A stretch of 64,000 bases of DNA from Patescibacteria group bacterium. Lineage in GTDB: Bacteria; Patescibacteriota; Minisyncoccia; UBA6257; 2-01-FULL-56-20. Below, in pieces: positions 28,427 through 37,868 of the stretch. Each line of letters opens with the position of its first letter. Positions within the stretch are counted from its first letter, which is position 1. The stretch spans positions 128,172-192,171 of the forward strand of contig JANLHI010000032.1 in the NCBI GenBank assembly GCA_024654525.1, read 5' to 3'. A program made the translations under genes and the position numbers. The notes beneath the pieces are model-generated. The model made no database searches. It was given only the letters and a program-made list of their open reading frames with translations, and was not told the DNA's origin.

Positions 28427-29344
28427 TTATAATTCCCGTATTGTGCGTTCTATTCCTTCACGAAGAGTGATCGCCGGTTTCCAACCGAGGATTTTTTTGG
28501 CGCGTGACGCATCAAGCGCGATCTGGTACACCTCGCCTTTGCGGTAGGGAGCGTAGTTCGGTTTCTTTTCAAACCCCGTTGCACGCGCAACTTCGGCGAA
28601 AATCATATTGTCGGATATTTTCTTGCCCCAGCCGAGGTTTACGGTAATATTCGTGCCTTTGCGGAGGGCGATAACGTTTGCGTCCGCGAGGTCGCCTACA
28701 TAGGTATAATCGCGGCATTTTGTGCCGTCACCGAAAATAACAGGGGATTCCCCTCCCTTCATAAGTCCTCCGAATATCGCAATGACTCCCGCTTCTCCTT
28801 TCGGGTTTTGGCGGGGACCATATACATTCGGATAGCGGAAAATAAGGTAGGTAAGCCCGTATTGACGCGCATAGAATTTGATAAGTTCTTCGCCGAGTGA
28901 TTTTGACAATCCGTATGGCGAAAGGGGGACGGATGCCGTCGATTCATCCGCGGGAATCTTTTTTGGTTCGCCATAGATTGCGCCTCCCGTGGAGGAGAAA
29001 ATAAATTTCTTTTTCCCCTTCCCATATTCTCCAAAAGCGAGAAGTACATTTGTCGTGCCGAGTACGTTTACCTCAAGCGTGGGAATCGGGTTGCGGAGCG
29101 ACTTTACCACTTCCGCGATTGCGGCGTGATGGTTCACCACTTCCGGCTTCTCGCGCGCAAAAATCTTTTTCATCCGCGCAAGGTCGCGGATGTCGGCTTC
29201 ATAAAACGTCGCTTTTTTGGGGACGTTGCGGCGGAATCCGGTGGCGAGATTGTCTATTATTGCCACGCGGTGCCCTTTCGCGATGTAGGCATCGGCAACG
29301 TGGCTTGCAATAAATCCCGCCCCTCCTGTGATGATTATTTTCAT
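28427..29344 (-). CDS. UDP-glucose 4-epimerase-like NAD-dependent epimerase
   Basis: GGAGFIAS, SSTGGAIYG, SPYGLSK, NVYGPRQNPKGEAGV. Confidence 0.9.
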   Translation of the reverse strand: MKIIITGGAGFIASHVADAYIAKGHRVAIIDNLATGFRRNVPKKATFYEADIRDLARMKKIFAREKPEVVNHHAAIAEVVKSLRNPIPTLEVNVLGTTNVLLAFGEYGKGKKKFIFSSTGGAIYGEPKKIPADESTASVPLSPYGLSKSLGEELIKFYARQYGLTYLIFRYPNVYGPRQNPKGEAGVIAIFGGLMKGGESPVIFGDGTKCRDYTYVGDLADANVIALRKGTNITVNLGWGKKISDNMIFAEVARATGFEKKPNYAPYRKGEVYQIALDASRAKKILGWKPAITLREGIERTIREL

Positions 29345-29365
29345 AATGTTATGTTTTTTTCTGCA

Positions 29366-30718
29366 TCATTTTGGTGTGACGAACAACGTTTTGAAAGTTT
29401 TGAGTATGATCACCACATCGAGAAGGAATGATCTATTTTTTATATAGTATATATCATACTGTAATTTTTCCACGACATCTTCCTCATTCGTATCGCTTCC
29501 GTGGTGAATTTGTGCCCATCCCGTGATGCCGGGTTTTATGAGTAGGCGCGCTTCATAATATGGAATTTTTTCTTTGAGTATTTGCACAAATTCTGGACGT
29601 TCGGGTCTCGGGCCCACGAAGGATATCTCTCCTCTCAATACGTTCCAAAGTTGCGGCATTTCATCAAGGTGCATGAGACGAATTATTTTTCCAAAGGGAG
29701 TTATGCGAGCATCATTTGACGTTGCCCATTGAGCGCCTTGTGTCTCTGCCTGTCCGTCTGGAGAGAGTGCCACCATACTTCTAAACTTAACGAGGATGAA
29801 TTCTTTGCCGAGCTTCCCAATTCTTTTTTGACGTATCAGTATGGGGCCTCGCGATGTTGTCGCGATGATGCATGCGATGAGTATTCCAAGCGGAAGAAGA
29901 ATAATACTTAGTAATAATGCCGCGCAAAATTCTACACCTTGCCGAAAAGAAGCATATGCGTGATGTGTTGCCGTAATATTGTCGAGTACCCATCGTTCCT
30001 CGATGTCTCGAATGGGTATTTTCTTCATAAGAAGCTCGTAGAAAGAGGGGAGATCTTGAATTTCTATCGTGGTATTTATAACTCCATAAAGCTCTTTCGC
30101 AAAAATTTGAGAATGTTTCAAATTGGTATCGATTATTATTAAATTTGCGTGATGATGCAATATTGTTTCGCGAAGGTTCCCTTGCGCAGAGAATCGGGAT
30201 TCGGGATCGGGTATCCATTCCGCAATGCGATAACCGAGTTGGGGGTTGCGTCCTATATATTCGTGGAGCTCTGTCGCGCTTCTTCCCGTGCCGATAAGTA
30301 TCACGGTGTTTGGAGCGGTTCCCATTATTGCCAGCGCGTTCCATGTGCGTCTCCAAATAAGTTCCAATATTGTAAAGAATACCAGTACCAATAGAAGATT
30401 TGTTTTGGGAGCGATTTCAAAAAACGGAATAAGATAGAAAAGGGCAATTGCAACTATCGCGTTTGTGACAAGCGCGAAGCCAAGTGTCTTAAAAAATTCT
30501 ACACTGTTGCGCAGTTTACGAATATCATAAAGACCTGCGATATAAAAAATCAATATCCATGTTGCGAATATGATAGAGAAGGGGACTGCTTGTCGATTGG
30601 AGAGTTCTTGCGAAAAAAATTCTCCGTAGCGAATGATGAGTGTAATCACCAAGCTCACATAGAGAGTCGCAAGGTCTCCAATTGGAAGTAATAGCGTTTT
30701 TATATGGTTTGCCGACAT
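29366..30718 (-). CDS. Polyprenyl glycosylphosphotransferase (priming sugar transferase)
   Basis: N-terminal TMs, KFRSM, LDEMPQLWNVLRGEISFVGPRPERP, KPGITGWAQ. Confidence 0.93.
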   Translation of the reverse strand: MSANHIKTLLLPIGDLATLYVSLVITLIIRYGEFFSQELSNRQAVPFSIIFATWILIFYIAGLYDIRKLRNSVEFFKTLGFALVTNAIVAIALFYLIPFFEIAPKTNLLLVLVFFTILELIWRRTWNALAIMGTAPNTVILIGTGRSATELHEYIGRNPQLGYRIAEWIPDPESRFSAQGNLRETILHHHANLIIIDTNLKHSQIFAKELYGVINTTIEIQDLPSFYELLMKKIPIRDIEERWVLDNITATHHAYASFRQGVEFCAALLLSIILLPLGILIACIIATTSRGPILIRQKRIGKLGKEFILVKFRSMVALSPDGQAETQGAQWATSNDARITPFGKIIRLMHLDEMPQLWNVLRGEISFVGPRPERPEFVQILKEKIPYYEARLLIKPGITGWAQIHHGSDTNEEDVVEKLQYDIYYIKNRSFLLDVVIILKTFKTLFVTPK

Positions 30719-30737
30719 TTGGAGTGGTGGGGAAATC

Positions 30738-31508
30738 CTACGAGCGTTTTGGACGCACGTCAATGGATTTTTTTGTATAGGGTTTTTTAAAGAACGTAAT
30801 CCAAAAATAATTCATCGTATATCGGATGCCTACTTTTACAATTCCTTCGTGTGTAAGACGACGTCCAGAGCTTTTGGCGCGGAGAAATGGTGTGAATTTT
30901 ACCTTCCCAATTTTACTTAAGCGATGCGCGGTATCGGTATCATCACCATAAAAAGAAATTGCGGTATTATAGCCGCCGATTGTGGTAAGGGCGGCACGAC
31001 GGGCAATAAAATTTCCACCGAACGTCATTGATCCTCCTCCGAAAATATGACGGTTGGTAAAATATACTACAAACGCCAGTGTGTAAAATGCGTAAACAAG
31101 TATGCGTGCATGAAAAGGAAGGTCATAATAAGCGTAGGGGCCGGAAAGTGCCACAAGCCGCGGATTTTTTTTAAATTCCCGAATTACTTTGGTGAGCCAT
31201 CCTTTTGAAATCATGGTGTCGGCATCGATATTCGCAATGAATGTGCCGTGTGCGTGAGTAAATCCGGTATGGCGCGCATATCCCGTTCCTTTGCGGGGCT
31301 CGTCGATTACAAGCGCGCCGGCATTTTTTGCTACAGACCTTGTGGTATCGGTTGATGCATTGTTTATCACGATGATTTCTGCGGAAATAGGCGAGCGCGC
31401 AAGCTCTGCTTTAATTGATTCGATACAGTCACTGATCCCGCTTTCTTCATTGTGAGCGGGGATTATGAAGCTTATTGTCACTTCTTTTTTTCTTTGAGTA
31501 TTTGGCAT
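30738..31508 (-). CDS. Glycosyltransferase family 2
   Basis: SFIIPAHNEE, NNASTD, IDAD, FYGDD. Confidence 0.9.
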   Translation of the reverse strand: MPNTQRKKEVTISFIIPAHNEESGISDCIESIKAELARSPISAEIIVINNASTDTTRSVAKNAGALVIDEPRKGTGYARHTGFTHAHGTFIANIDADTMISKGWLTKVIREFKKNPRLVALSGPYAYYDLPFHARILVYAFYTLAFVVYFTNRHIFGGGSMTFGGNFIARRAALTTIGGYNTAISFYGDDTDTAHRLSKIGKVKFTPFLRAKSSGRRLTHEGIVKVGIRYTMNYFWITFFKKPYTKKSIDVRPKRS

Positions 31509-31516
31509 TAGTAATG

Positions 31517-32236
31517 CTAGCGTATTTCTTCCCACTCTTTATCGGCGGGTTTTTTCCGTATCCAAAACGAAATAATGTTTTTCATCCATCGGAAAACCGT
31601 GTTCCATGCGCCAAGTTGGTGAAAGCGGCGTCCGGGGTGATATACGACAAGATCCCATGCAATGCGGGTGTGTCCTTGTTTTGCAAGACGCTGAAAAAGT
31701 TCAATGTCTTCCGCGGCGAAGAGTTGTTCGTTGAAACCTCCCGTTTCCCGAAATATGTTTGTGCGAATCATCTGGAATTTTCCCGCTGCCGCTCCTATGC
31801 CGACTATGTTATTGAGGGTAAGAAAATAAAGATTCGTTACTATGAGTATGAACCAGTCGCTCCATGTGCGGACGCGTGGATCAATTTCAATACGTCCCGA
31901 GATTCCCGCAAGTCGAAGATCGGCGTTGAAACGGGCGAGTGCGCGAGTGAAAAATGCTTGCGGGTTGGGAATATACGTCTCGCTGTCGAGAAATACGAGG
32001 AATTCTCCGCGTGCTTCGCGTGCGCCGTTATTTCTCCCTTTTGATACGGATGCTTTTTCGTCGGGAGATAGTACGAGTACTTTGTCCGCGCATTCTTTTG
32101 CGATTGCTACCGTGTTGTCCGTGCTTAATGTGTCGGATACGATTATTTCATGGGGGAGTGTAAGGTTTTTGAACTGAACAACGGTTTCTCGAATCCCTTT
32201 CTCCTCGTTACGCGTGGGAATGATAATGGATATCAT
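31517..32236 (-). CDS. Glycosyltransferase family 2
   Basis: ISIIIPTRNEE, GRNNGA, GGFNE...AED. Confidence 0.9.
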   Translation of the reverse strand: MISIIIPTRNEEKGIRETVVQFKNLTLPHEIIVSDTLSTDNTVAIAKECADKVLVLSPDEKASVSKGRNNGAREARGEFLVFLDSETYIPNPQAFFTRALARFNADLRLAGISGRIEIDPRVRTWSDWFILIVTNLYFLTLNNIVGIGAAAGKFQMIRTNIFRETGGFNEQLFAAEDIELFQRLAKQGHTRIAWDLVVYHPGRRFHQLGAWNTVFRWMKNIISFWIRKKPADKEWEEIR

Positions 32237-32242
32237 AGTATG

Positions 32243-32833
32243 TCAGATGTCTTTGAATCGTTGACGTATCGCTTTCGTGATGCCATATGCAACAAGAAGA
32301 AGCGTGAGTGTTACGCCGACGAGGAATCCCCACTGTAGACTTGTATCAATCAGTGTGTAGAGGTGTCCGAAAAAATAACCAACTCCCATAAGAAAGCCAA
32401 TCCATACAAATCCTCCCAGCGTGTTGATTGTCATGTATTTATAAAATGGAACTCGTGCGGCTCCTGCGGCAATAAGTGTGGCGATTGCAAATCCGAAGCC
32501 AGTAGTAATCTTTGAAATGAATAAGATTTTAATTTGATGGCGATGAAAGAAGCGCTCTGCGTGTGCCACTTTTTCTTGAGTAATGCTCATCCAATGTCCA
32601 TATTTCGCAATAAGTTTTCGTGCTCCGCGATGCCCCACCCAATACCATACAACATCTCCGGTGAGGTCTCCCGCAAGGATAAGGAAATAGAGAGGCCAAA
32701 ACGTAAATGTTCCGAGTTTCAAAAGAAATCCGGCGATGAGTACTACGGGAGGTCCAAAACCAACGGTGAGGGGATATACAATCGCATATTTATAGGCAAG
32801 AAGCCATGATGCAATAAGAGAATCTGCTGGCAT
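32243..32833 (-). CDS. DedA/VTT family membrane protein
   Basis: GDLTGDVVWYWVG, AERFF, SKIT.GFG. Confidence 0.85.
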   Translation of the reverse strand: MPADSLIASWLLAYKYAIVYPLTVGFGPPVVLIAGFLLKLGTFTFWPLYFLILAGDLTGDVVWYWVGHRGARKLIAKYGHWMSITQEKVAHAERFFHRHQIKILFISKITTGFGFAIATLIAAGAARVPFYKYMTINTLGGFVWIGFLMGVGYFFGHLYTLIDTSLQWGFLVGVTLTLLLVAYGITKAIRQRFKDI

Positions 32834-32925
32834 AGATGTGGAAGAATCCGCTTTTTTCAATATTACTCTTTATATGTGAGAGAAGCGAGAGGGGGAAATG
32901 GTATACTTTTTGCACACACTGATTT

Positions 32926-33591
32926 ATGAAACAGTTTTTCTTGAGACATAGAAGTTTTTGGCATCAAGACCGACGGCGTTCTCTGTATTTAGGACTCTTC
33001 CTCTTGGCGGTGAGTCTCATGCTTCATGTTCAATCGGGGCATTACTCCGCGCGTTCCGCGGCACTTTCCAATTCCGTAGGGGATATTTTTTTGGATAATA
33101 TTCCTCCTCTTGATATTGATTTCTTAGTAGTGCAGGGCGCACTGTTGTTTTGGGTGATTGTTTTTTCGCTACTTTTTACGCGGCCGCAGTATCTTTTGTT
33201 TGGGATAAAGGCAATTGCGTTGTTTATCATATTCCGTTCTTTTTTTGTGAGCCTTACTCATATCGGCGTATATCCCGGGCAGATTCCGCTTGATACCGGA
33301 ATAGGGTCGCGATTTTATAACCTCCTCACGTTCCAAGGGAATTTCTTTTTCTCGGGGCATACCGGGCTTCCGTTTCTTCTTGCATTGGTTTTTTGGAATG
33401 AACGTCCGTGGAAAATATTTTTCCTCATTGCAACCGTAGTGTTCGGTGCTTCCGTATTAATTGCGCATGTGCATTATTCGATTGATGTATTTTCTGCGCC
33501 GTTAATCACCTATGCGATTTTTATAATAGGGAAGAGCTTTTTTCCGCGTGACTATGCGTTGATTGATTCGGCGACATTCATGCGGCGTTAG
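32926..33591 (+). CDS. PAP2-related / sphingomyelin-synthase-like membrane protein
   Basis: FFSGHTG, HVHYSIDV. Confidence 0.8.
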   Translation: MKQFFLRHRSFWHQDRRRSLYLGLFLLAVSLMLHVQSGHYSARSAALSNSVGDIFLDNIPPLDIDFLVVQGALLFWVIVFSLLFTRPQYLLFGIKAIALFIIFRSFFVSLTHIGVYPGQIPLDTGIGSRFYNLLTFQGNFFFSGHTGLPFLLALVFWNERPWKIFFLIATVVFGASVLIAHVHYSIDVFSAPLITYAIFIIGKSFFPRDYALIDSATFMRR

Positions 33592-33643
33592 GTTTTTTGG
33601 AAAAGTTTGACAGGTACGATATGACGGCTAGACTGTAGGGTAT

Positions 33644-34351
33644 ATGAACGAACAATCTTCAGCTCCTTCACGGGATATTCTTGTGCCGATTAGTATTCTT
33701 GTCGCAGGAATTCTCATTGCGGGCTCGGTAATATATGTTGCGGGTCTCAATAATGCTCCTGTGGCACCGGTTACTACGCAGGGGGCGAACGCTTTCGCCG
33801 CAATCCTTACTCCTTTGCCGGATGATGCGGTGTTGGGAGATGAGGATGCTCCGGTGACGATGATTGAATATGGGGATTATCAATGCCCCTACTGCGGAGT
33901 TTTTTTTAACGATATTGAACCCAAGATTCGCGATGAATATGTAAAGACTGGCAAGGTGAAGCTTATATTCCGCAATTTTCAGTTTCTCGGGCCGGAATCG
34001 TATGCCGCAGGGGAAGCTGCGGAATGTGCTCGCGCACAGGGGAAGTTTTGGACGTATCACGATGCATTATATCGCGTGGAAATAGCGGACGAGCATGAAA
34101 ACAATGGGAATTTGACGCGAGATTTGTTTATGCGACTTGCGGAAGAGACCGGATTAGATAGTGTTTCGTTTGGCACCTGTATCGATTCCCATACCTACGC
34201 ATCATTAGTTGAAAGTGAAGTTGAGGGGGGGCGTGCCGTAGGAGTGAATGCCACGCCTACTTCCTTTGTGAATGGCACGTTGATTCGTGGTCTTGCGCAA
34301 AACGATACGCGCGTTATCGATGCAATCAATGCGGCACTCAAAGGTCAATAA
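33644..34351 (+). CDS. DsbA-like thioredoxin-fold oxidoreductase
   Basis: N-terminal TM, EYGDYQCPYC, GVNATP. Confidence 0.9.
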   Translation: MNEQSSAPSRDILVPISILVAGILIAGSVIYVAGLNNAPVAPVTTQGANAFAAILTPLPDDAVLGDEDAPVTMIEYGDYQCPYCGVFFNDIEPKIRDEYVKTGKVKLIFRNFQFLGPESYAAGEAAECARAQGKFWTYHDALYRVEIADEHENNGNLTRDLFMRLAEETGLDSVSFGTCIDSHTYASLVESEVEGGRAVGVNATPTSFVNGTLIRGLAQNDTRVIDAINAALKGQ

Positions 34352-34372
34352 TTTAAAGATTATTAATTATTT

Positions 34373-34609
34373 ATGTCCAACGTAACAATTTACACCACTC
34401 CATCCTGCATTTATTGCAAGATGGCAAAGGATTTTTTCACAAAAAATAATGTTTCGTATAAAGAGCTTAACGTGGCGGAAGACGAGAAGGGACGTGAAGA
34501 GATGATCTCAAAATCTCATCAGCTCGGTGTTCCGGTTATCGATGTTGACGGAGAGATTTTTGTGGGGTTTGATCGTGAGGGGCTCGCAAGAGCATTAAAG
34601 ATTCAGTAG
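34373..34609 (+). CDS. Glutaredoxin / NrdH-like redoxin
   Basis: YTTPSCIYC, GVPVI, GFD. Confidence 0.92.
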   Translation: MSNVTIYTTPSCIYCKMAKDFFTKNNVSYKELNVAEDEKGREEMISKSHQLGVPVIDVDGEIFVGFDREGLARALKIQ

Positions 34610-34684
34610 AAATATAGTGAAGAAGTATGAAGTGGGAAGTATGAATTTTTATTTTTCATTTCCCACTTCGTGTTTTATTGCATC

Positions 34685-35605
34685 ATGTACGATCTTCTTA
34701 TAATTGGTGGCGGACCCGGCGGTGTTGCCGCAGGAATATACGCTGCAAGAAAAAAAATAAAGTCAGTGCTTATTACCGACTCGTTCGGTGGGCAATCGCT
34801 TGTTTCCGCGGATATCCAAAACTGGATAGGAACTAAATCGATATCGGGTTTTGATTTGGCAAAAATGTTTGAGGATCATCTTCGCGCGCAAGAAGATATC
34901 GATGTTATTGATGGTGATTTTATCACTGAAATAAAAGATAGTGGTGATGTGTTTACTGTGTCTACAAAAAAGGGAAACACGTTCGAGGGGCGGCGTCTTC
35001 TCATTACTTCTGGAAGTAGGAGAAGGAAGCTTGGCATTCCCGGGGAGAAAGAGTTTGATGGGAAGGGAGTCGTGTATTGTTCAACATGCGATGCGCCGGT
35101 GTTTAAAGGGAAGACGGTTGCGGTTATTGGTGGTGGTAATTCCGGTCTTGAGGCGACATTGGATTTGTTGCCGTACGCACAAAAAATTTATCTCTTGGGA
35201 AGGAGAGATCATCTAAAAGGGGATCCAGTAACGCTTGAACGTGTGCAAAAGAGCGAGAAAGTAACGATTCTCACCATGGTGGAGTCGCAGGAGATTCTCG
35301 GAGATTTGTTTGTAAAAGGGTTGAGATACATGGATAAGAGAACAAACGAAACAAAAGAGATTGCGCTTGAGGGTGTATTTGTTGAAGTCGGTGCCGTGCC
35401 GAATTCCGAGTTTGTAAAAGGACTGGTTGAAGTGAATGCATTCGGTGAAGTGGTAGTGGATCATAAAACACAACGCACGTCTCACCCGCGAATTTGGGCG
35501 GCGGGGGATGTGTCGGATGTACTCTATAAGCAAAATAATATTTCTGCGGGAGATGCGGTGAAAGCAGTACTGAATATTTATGAAGAATTACAGAAGCAGG
35601 TTTGA
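34685..35605 (+). CDS. trxB: Thioredoxin reductase-like FAD oxidoreductase
   Basis: GGGPGG, YCSTCD, GGGNSG, AAGD. Confidence 0.85.
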   Translation: MYDLLIIGGGPGGVAAGIYAARKKIKSVLITDSFGGQSLVSADIQNWIGTKSISGFDLAKMFEDHLRAQEDIDVIDGDFITEIKDSGDVFTVSTKKGNTFEGRRLLITSGSRRRKLGIPGEKEFDGKGVVYCSTCDAPVFKGKTVAVIGGGNSGLEATLDLLPYAQKIYLLGRRDHLKGDPVTLERVQKSEKVTILTMVESQEILGDLFVKGLRYMDKRTNETKEIALEGVFVEVGAVPNSEFVKGLVEVNAFGEVVVDHKTQRTSHPRIWAAGDVSDVLYKQNNISAGDAVKAVLNIYEELQKQV

Positions 35606-35635
35606 CTTTCCACTTAGGCGGGATAGAGCAGAAAT

Positions 35636-35830
35636 ATGGTTCTTATTACCATTGAAGAAAAAAATAGAACAGGCGGTGGAGCGCGCGGTATAACGCGCCT
35701 TGCGCGAAGTGCTGATTGACCCCGATAAGGGGCTCAAGGTGCGCTCCTTGTTCGGGAAAAACATCCGAACGTTGCGGAGAAATTGCGCGGCAAGGTCCGC
35801 GATTTTGACGAGGTCGTGCGCTCGCTCTAA
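35636..35830 (+). pseudogene. Disrupted antitoxin-like gene
   Basis: MVLITIEEK / frameshift / IEQAVERAV*RALREVLIDPDKGLKVR ... DFDEVVRSL*; TAA at 35691; immediately upstream of the RelE-like gene. Confidence 0.55.
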
Positions 35831-35841
35831 TTATGGCATGT

Positions 35842-36110
35842 ATGGTGGCTCTGGACTGGAAGTTTGCGTTTACTTCCGCAGGAGAGCGGGACTTGCGGGC
35901 GCTCGATGTACCCATACGAAAAAGAGTTGTGGAGAAACTGGAATGGTTTCGCGATAATTTTTCTTTGGTTATACTTGAGTCCCTTGGCAGTGAGTGGCGC
36001 GGCTATTTCAAGTTACGGGTAGGGGATTGACGGGTGGTGTACGACGTTGATTATGAGCTTTACGCCGTCACGGTTCATCGGATTCAACTTCGTGATAAGG
36101 CGTATAAAAA
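35842..36110 (+). pseudogene. RelE/ParE toxin with in-frame TGA
   Basis: FTSAGERDLRALD...LGSEWRGYFKLRVGD*RVVYDVD...IQLRDKAYK; TGA at 36028-36030. Confidence 0.8.
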
Positions 36111-36133
36111 ACAAAGATGGGAGCTCGCACGAT

Positions 36134-36228
36134 TTGCGTTCTTCTTTGCAAAATGGTATAATTTCGCCACGTTCTTTGAAAGTTTACATCGCGGTGAAAA
36201 CCAAGTAGCAGCGAGCTTTGAAAGAACG
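36134..36228 (+). promoter_or_regulatory. Promoter and boxA-like leader hairpin upstream of the DGR target
   Basis: TTGCGT-17-TATAAT with extended TG; GTTCTTTGAAA at 36171-36181; CGTTCTTTGAAAG can pair with CTTTGAAAGAACG (36216-36228). Confidence 0.55.
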
Positions 36229-36293
36229 CCCGCGTCGAGTCCACATTTTTGAATGGCGGATAGGACGTACATCGAAAGAGAGGAGCTGTCAGT

Positions 36294-37004
36294 ATGACAC
36301 TCTTGTTAAATAAAGTTGCGGATGAACAGAAACGGAAACCCACAGGTCAGGAAAAAGACCAGTTCCTAAAACAGGCTGGCGATTTCCAACGGCGGTTTAT
36401 GGATGGTTCACTTGTGCCCAATCGTGCGCTTGAGACTTGGCAACAAGTTTCGGAGGGATGGGTACTCGGGGAATCAGGGGTACCCGAACCAAAACCCGCC
36501 GAACTTTTCCTCGACAAACCGATCCAGCATCCCCACCTCTCATTCGTCAGCGAGTTCGAGGTGGAAGTCCCCGCGGACTTCGCGCTCGACAGTGTCCCGC
36601 GCACGGCATACTGCCCGAACGGATGGAATGCAAACATCACTGATATCAATTTCCCTCGTATGTCGCTCGTCAAAGGCAAACGATATATGGCGGAAATCTA
36701 TCAGTTGCGGTGCAATAAGAGCTCGGAGTCCATCGTGAAAATTGCGGATGAGCGAAAGCGAGTCCTGCCAGGAGCCTTGGGCGGCGCAGTCCTTACGAGT
36801 CGCTATGGAGAAAAACTCCCGAAAGATTTTTGGGTCGTGTGTTTGGATAAAATCAAAAACCTTTGGCGCGATGGGCACGGTCTCCATGTTCCGATCTTCA
36901 ACTGGAACGACTTCGGCTGGGACTTCAACTTGGACATCTGGAACGGCGACTGGTTTCAGGGCTTCTACATCGTGTTTTTCCGCGAGTTTGTTTCAAATCC
37001 TTAG
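36294..37004 (+). CDS. DGR target protein with C-terminal variable region
   Basis: The 3' end contains the VR homologous to TR; SD GAGGAG; no TM helix or signal peptide seen. Confidence 0.92.
   Translation: MTLLLNKVADEQKRKPTGQEKDQFLKQAGDFQRRFMDGSLVPNRALETWQQVSEGWVLGESGVPEPKPAELFLDKPIQHPHLSFVSEFEVEVPADFALDSVPRTAYCPNGWNANITDINFPRMSLVKGKRYMAEIYQLRCNKSSESIVKIADERKRVLPGALGGAVLTSRYGEKLPKDFWVVCLDKIKNLWRDGHGLHVPIFNWNDFGWDFNLDIWNGDWFQGFYIVFFREFVSNP
36864..36983 (+). repeat. DGR variable repeat (VR)
   Basis: 120-nt ungapped match to 37350-37469 with 10 mismatches, all opposite TR adenines. Confidence 0.97.
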
Positions 37005-37039
37005 GTTTTGGCTCTCCGAACCTTTGGATATTAATCCTT

Positions 37040-37080
37040 AGACCCTTGAGTGCTTTGCGCTTGGGGGTCTTTGCGTTTTG
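37040..37080 (+). terminator. Hairpin/terminator downstream of the DGR target
   Basis: AGACCCTTGAGTGC-ttt-GCGCTTGGGGGTCT (14 bp including G-U pairs) followed by a T-rich tract. Confidence 0.65.
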
Positions 37081-37174
37081 GTATACTGTTTTCGGATACT
37101 AGGCGAATATGCGCGCGGTTACGGCTTCGCGCTGCCGAATTCTCGATATGCGCATGGAGAGTTGCGCCGGGTAC

Positions 37175-37196
37175 GCCTGCCTACCGGCAGGCAGGC
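37175..37196. repeat. Short palindromic element GCCTGCCTACCGGCAGGCAGGC
   Basis: 8-bp arms; related copy at 39361-39378. Confidence 0.8.
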
Positions 37197-37349
37197 TTTG
37201 TGCGAGAGGCATGTGCAATTCGTAAAAAAATTGAAACACTCGGTGCGCCTCGCTAGGTGATTAAAGCAAGAAGTTTAATATCACGAATTCGATACAACTC
37301 CGAGATATGCATTCAAGGAGTGGTGGCGCAGGCGGTGCGGCGCACACAA

Positions 37350-37469
37350 TGGCGCGATGGGAACGATCTCCATGTTCCGAACTTCAACTGGAACGACTAC
37401 GGCTGGAACTTCAACTTGAACATCTGGAACGGCGACTGGAATCAGGGCAACTACATCGTGTTTTTCCGC
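37350..37469 (+). ncRNA. DGR template repeat (TR)
   Basis: 10 AAY codons and 30 adenines, none at a third codon position in the VR frame; intergenic; hairpin CTCCTCC-cgtac-GGAGGAG at 37483-37501 downstream. Confidence 0.95.
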
Positions 37470-37476
37470 TACTGTT

Positions 37477-37868
37477 TCATTTCTCCTCCCGTACGGAGGA
37501 GTTTTGCTTTATAAGTTGATTATGCCACCCGCCGAGCATCCGTCCCGCTTCCGCAAGCGGTGCGGATAATGCAATATATTTCTTTTCGTCGAGGGCATGG
37601 ATTTCCCACGCGAGCAAAAGGAGGCACTTTCCCGTATCAAGCGCCGTGATTGCATGCTTTACTTCTGGTAGCTTTTCCGTCTTTGGGAGAAAGCAGGCGG
37701 TTACCGTATGCTCGATTGTGGCGATGAGAAGCGCGTCAATCCGCGCGGCAAGCGTGTAACGCGAAGCTTTCGGTATGTGCGGTAGATACTCATGCCAAAG
37801 CTTGTATGCGGAAGTAATTTTGTGAAGCACGATTGGACTCCGTGGGGGGGGGGCTTATAAAGAATCAT
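37477..37868 (-). CDS. avd: Avd-like four-helix-bundle accessory protein; open from GTG 37830, while upstream ATG 37868 is out of frame because of the G10 tract
   Basis: AYKLWHEYLPHIPKASRYTLAARID...EAGRMLGGW, basic and helical, lies between TR and RT. Confidence 0.85.

Noticed and set aside
36028-36030. TGA at Trp-like positions here and at 50228, suggesting stop-codon recoding (code 4 or 25)
   Set aside because: Many intact genes end in TGA and none contains an internal TGA; both cases are in otherwise decayed loci and fit single TGG>TGA transitions.
37257-37514. 85-aa ORF resembling the DGR target C-terminus
   Set aside because: It is the TR read in the VR frame; TRs are naturally stop-free there and act as RNA.
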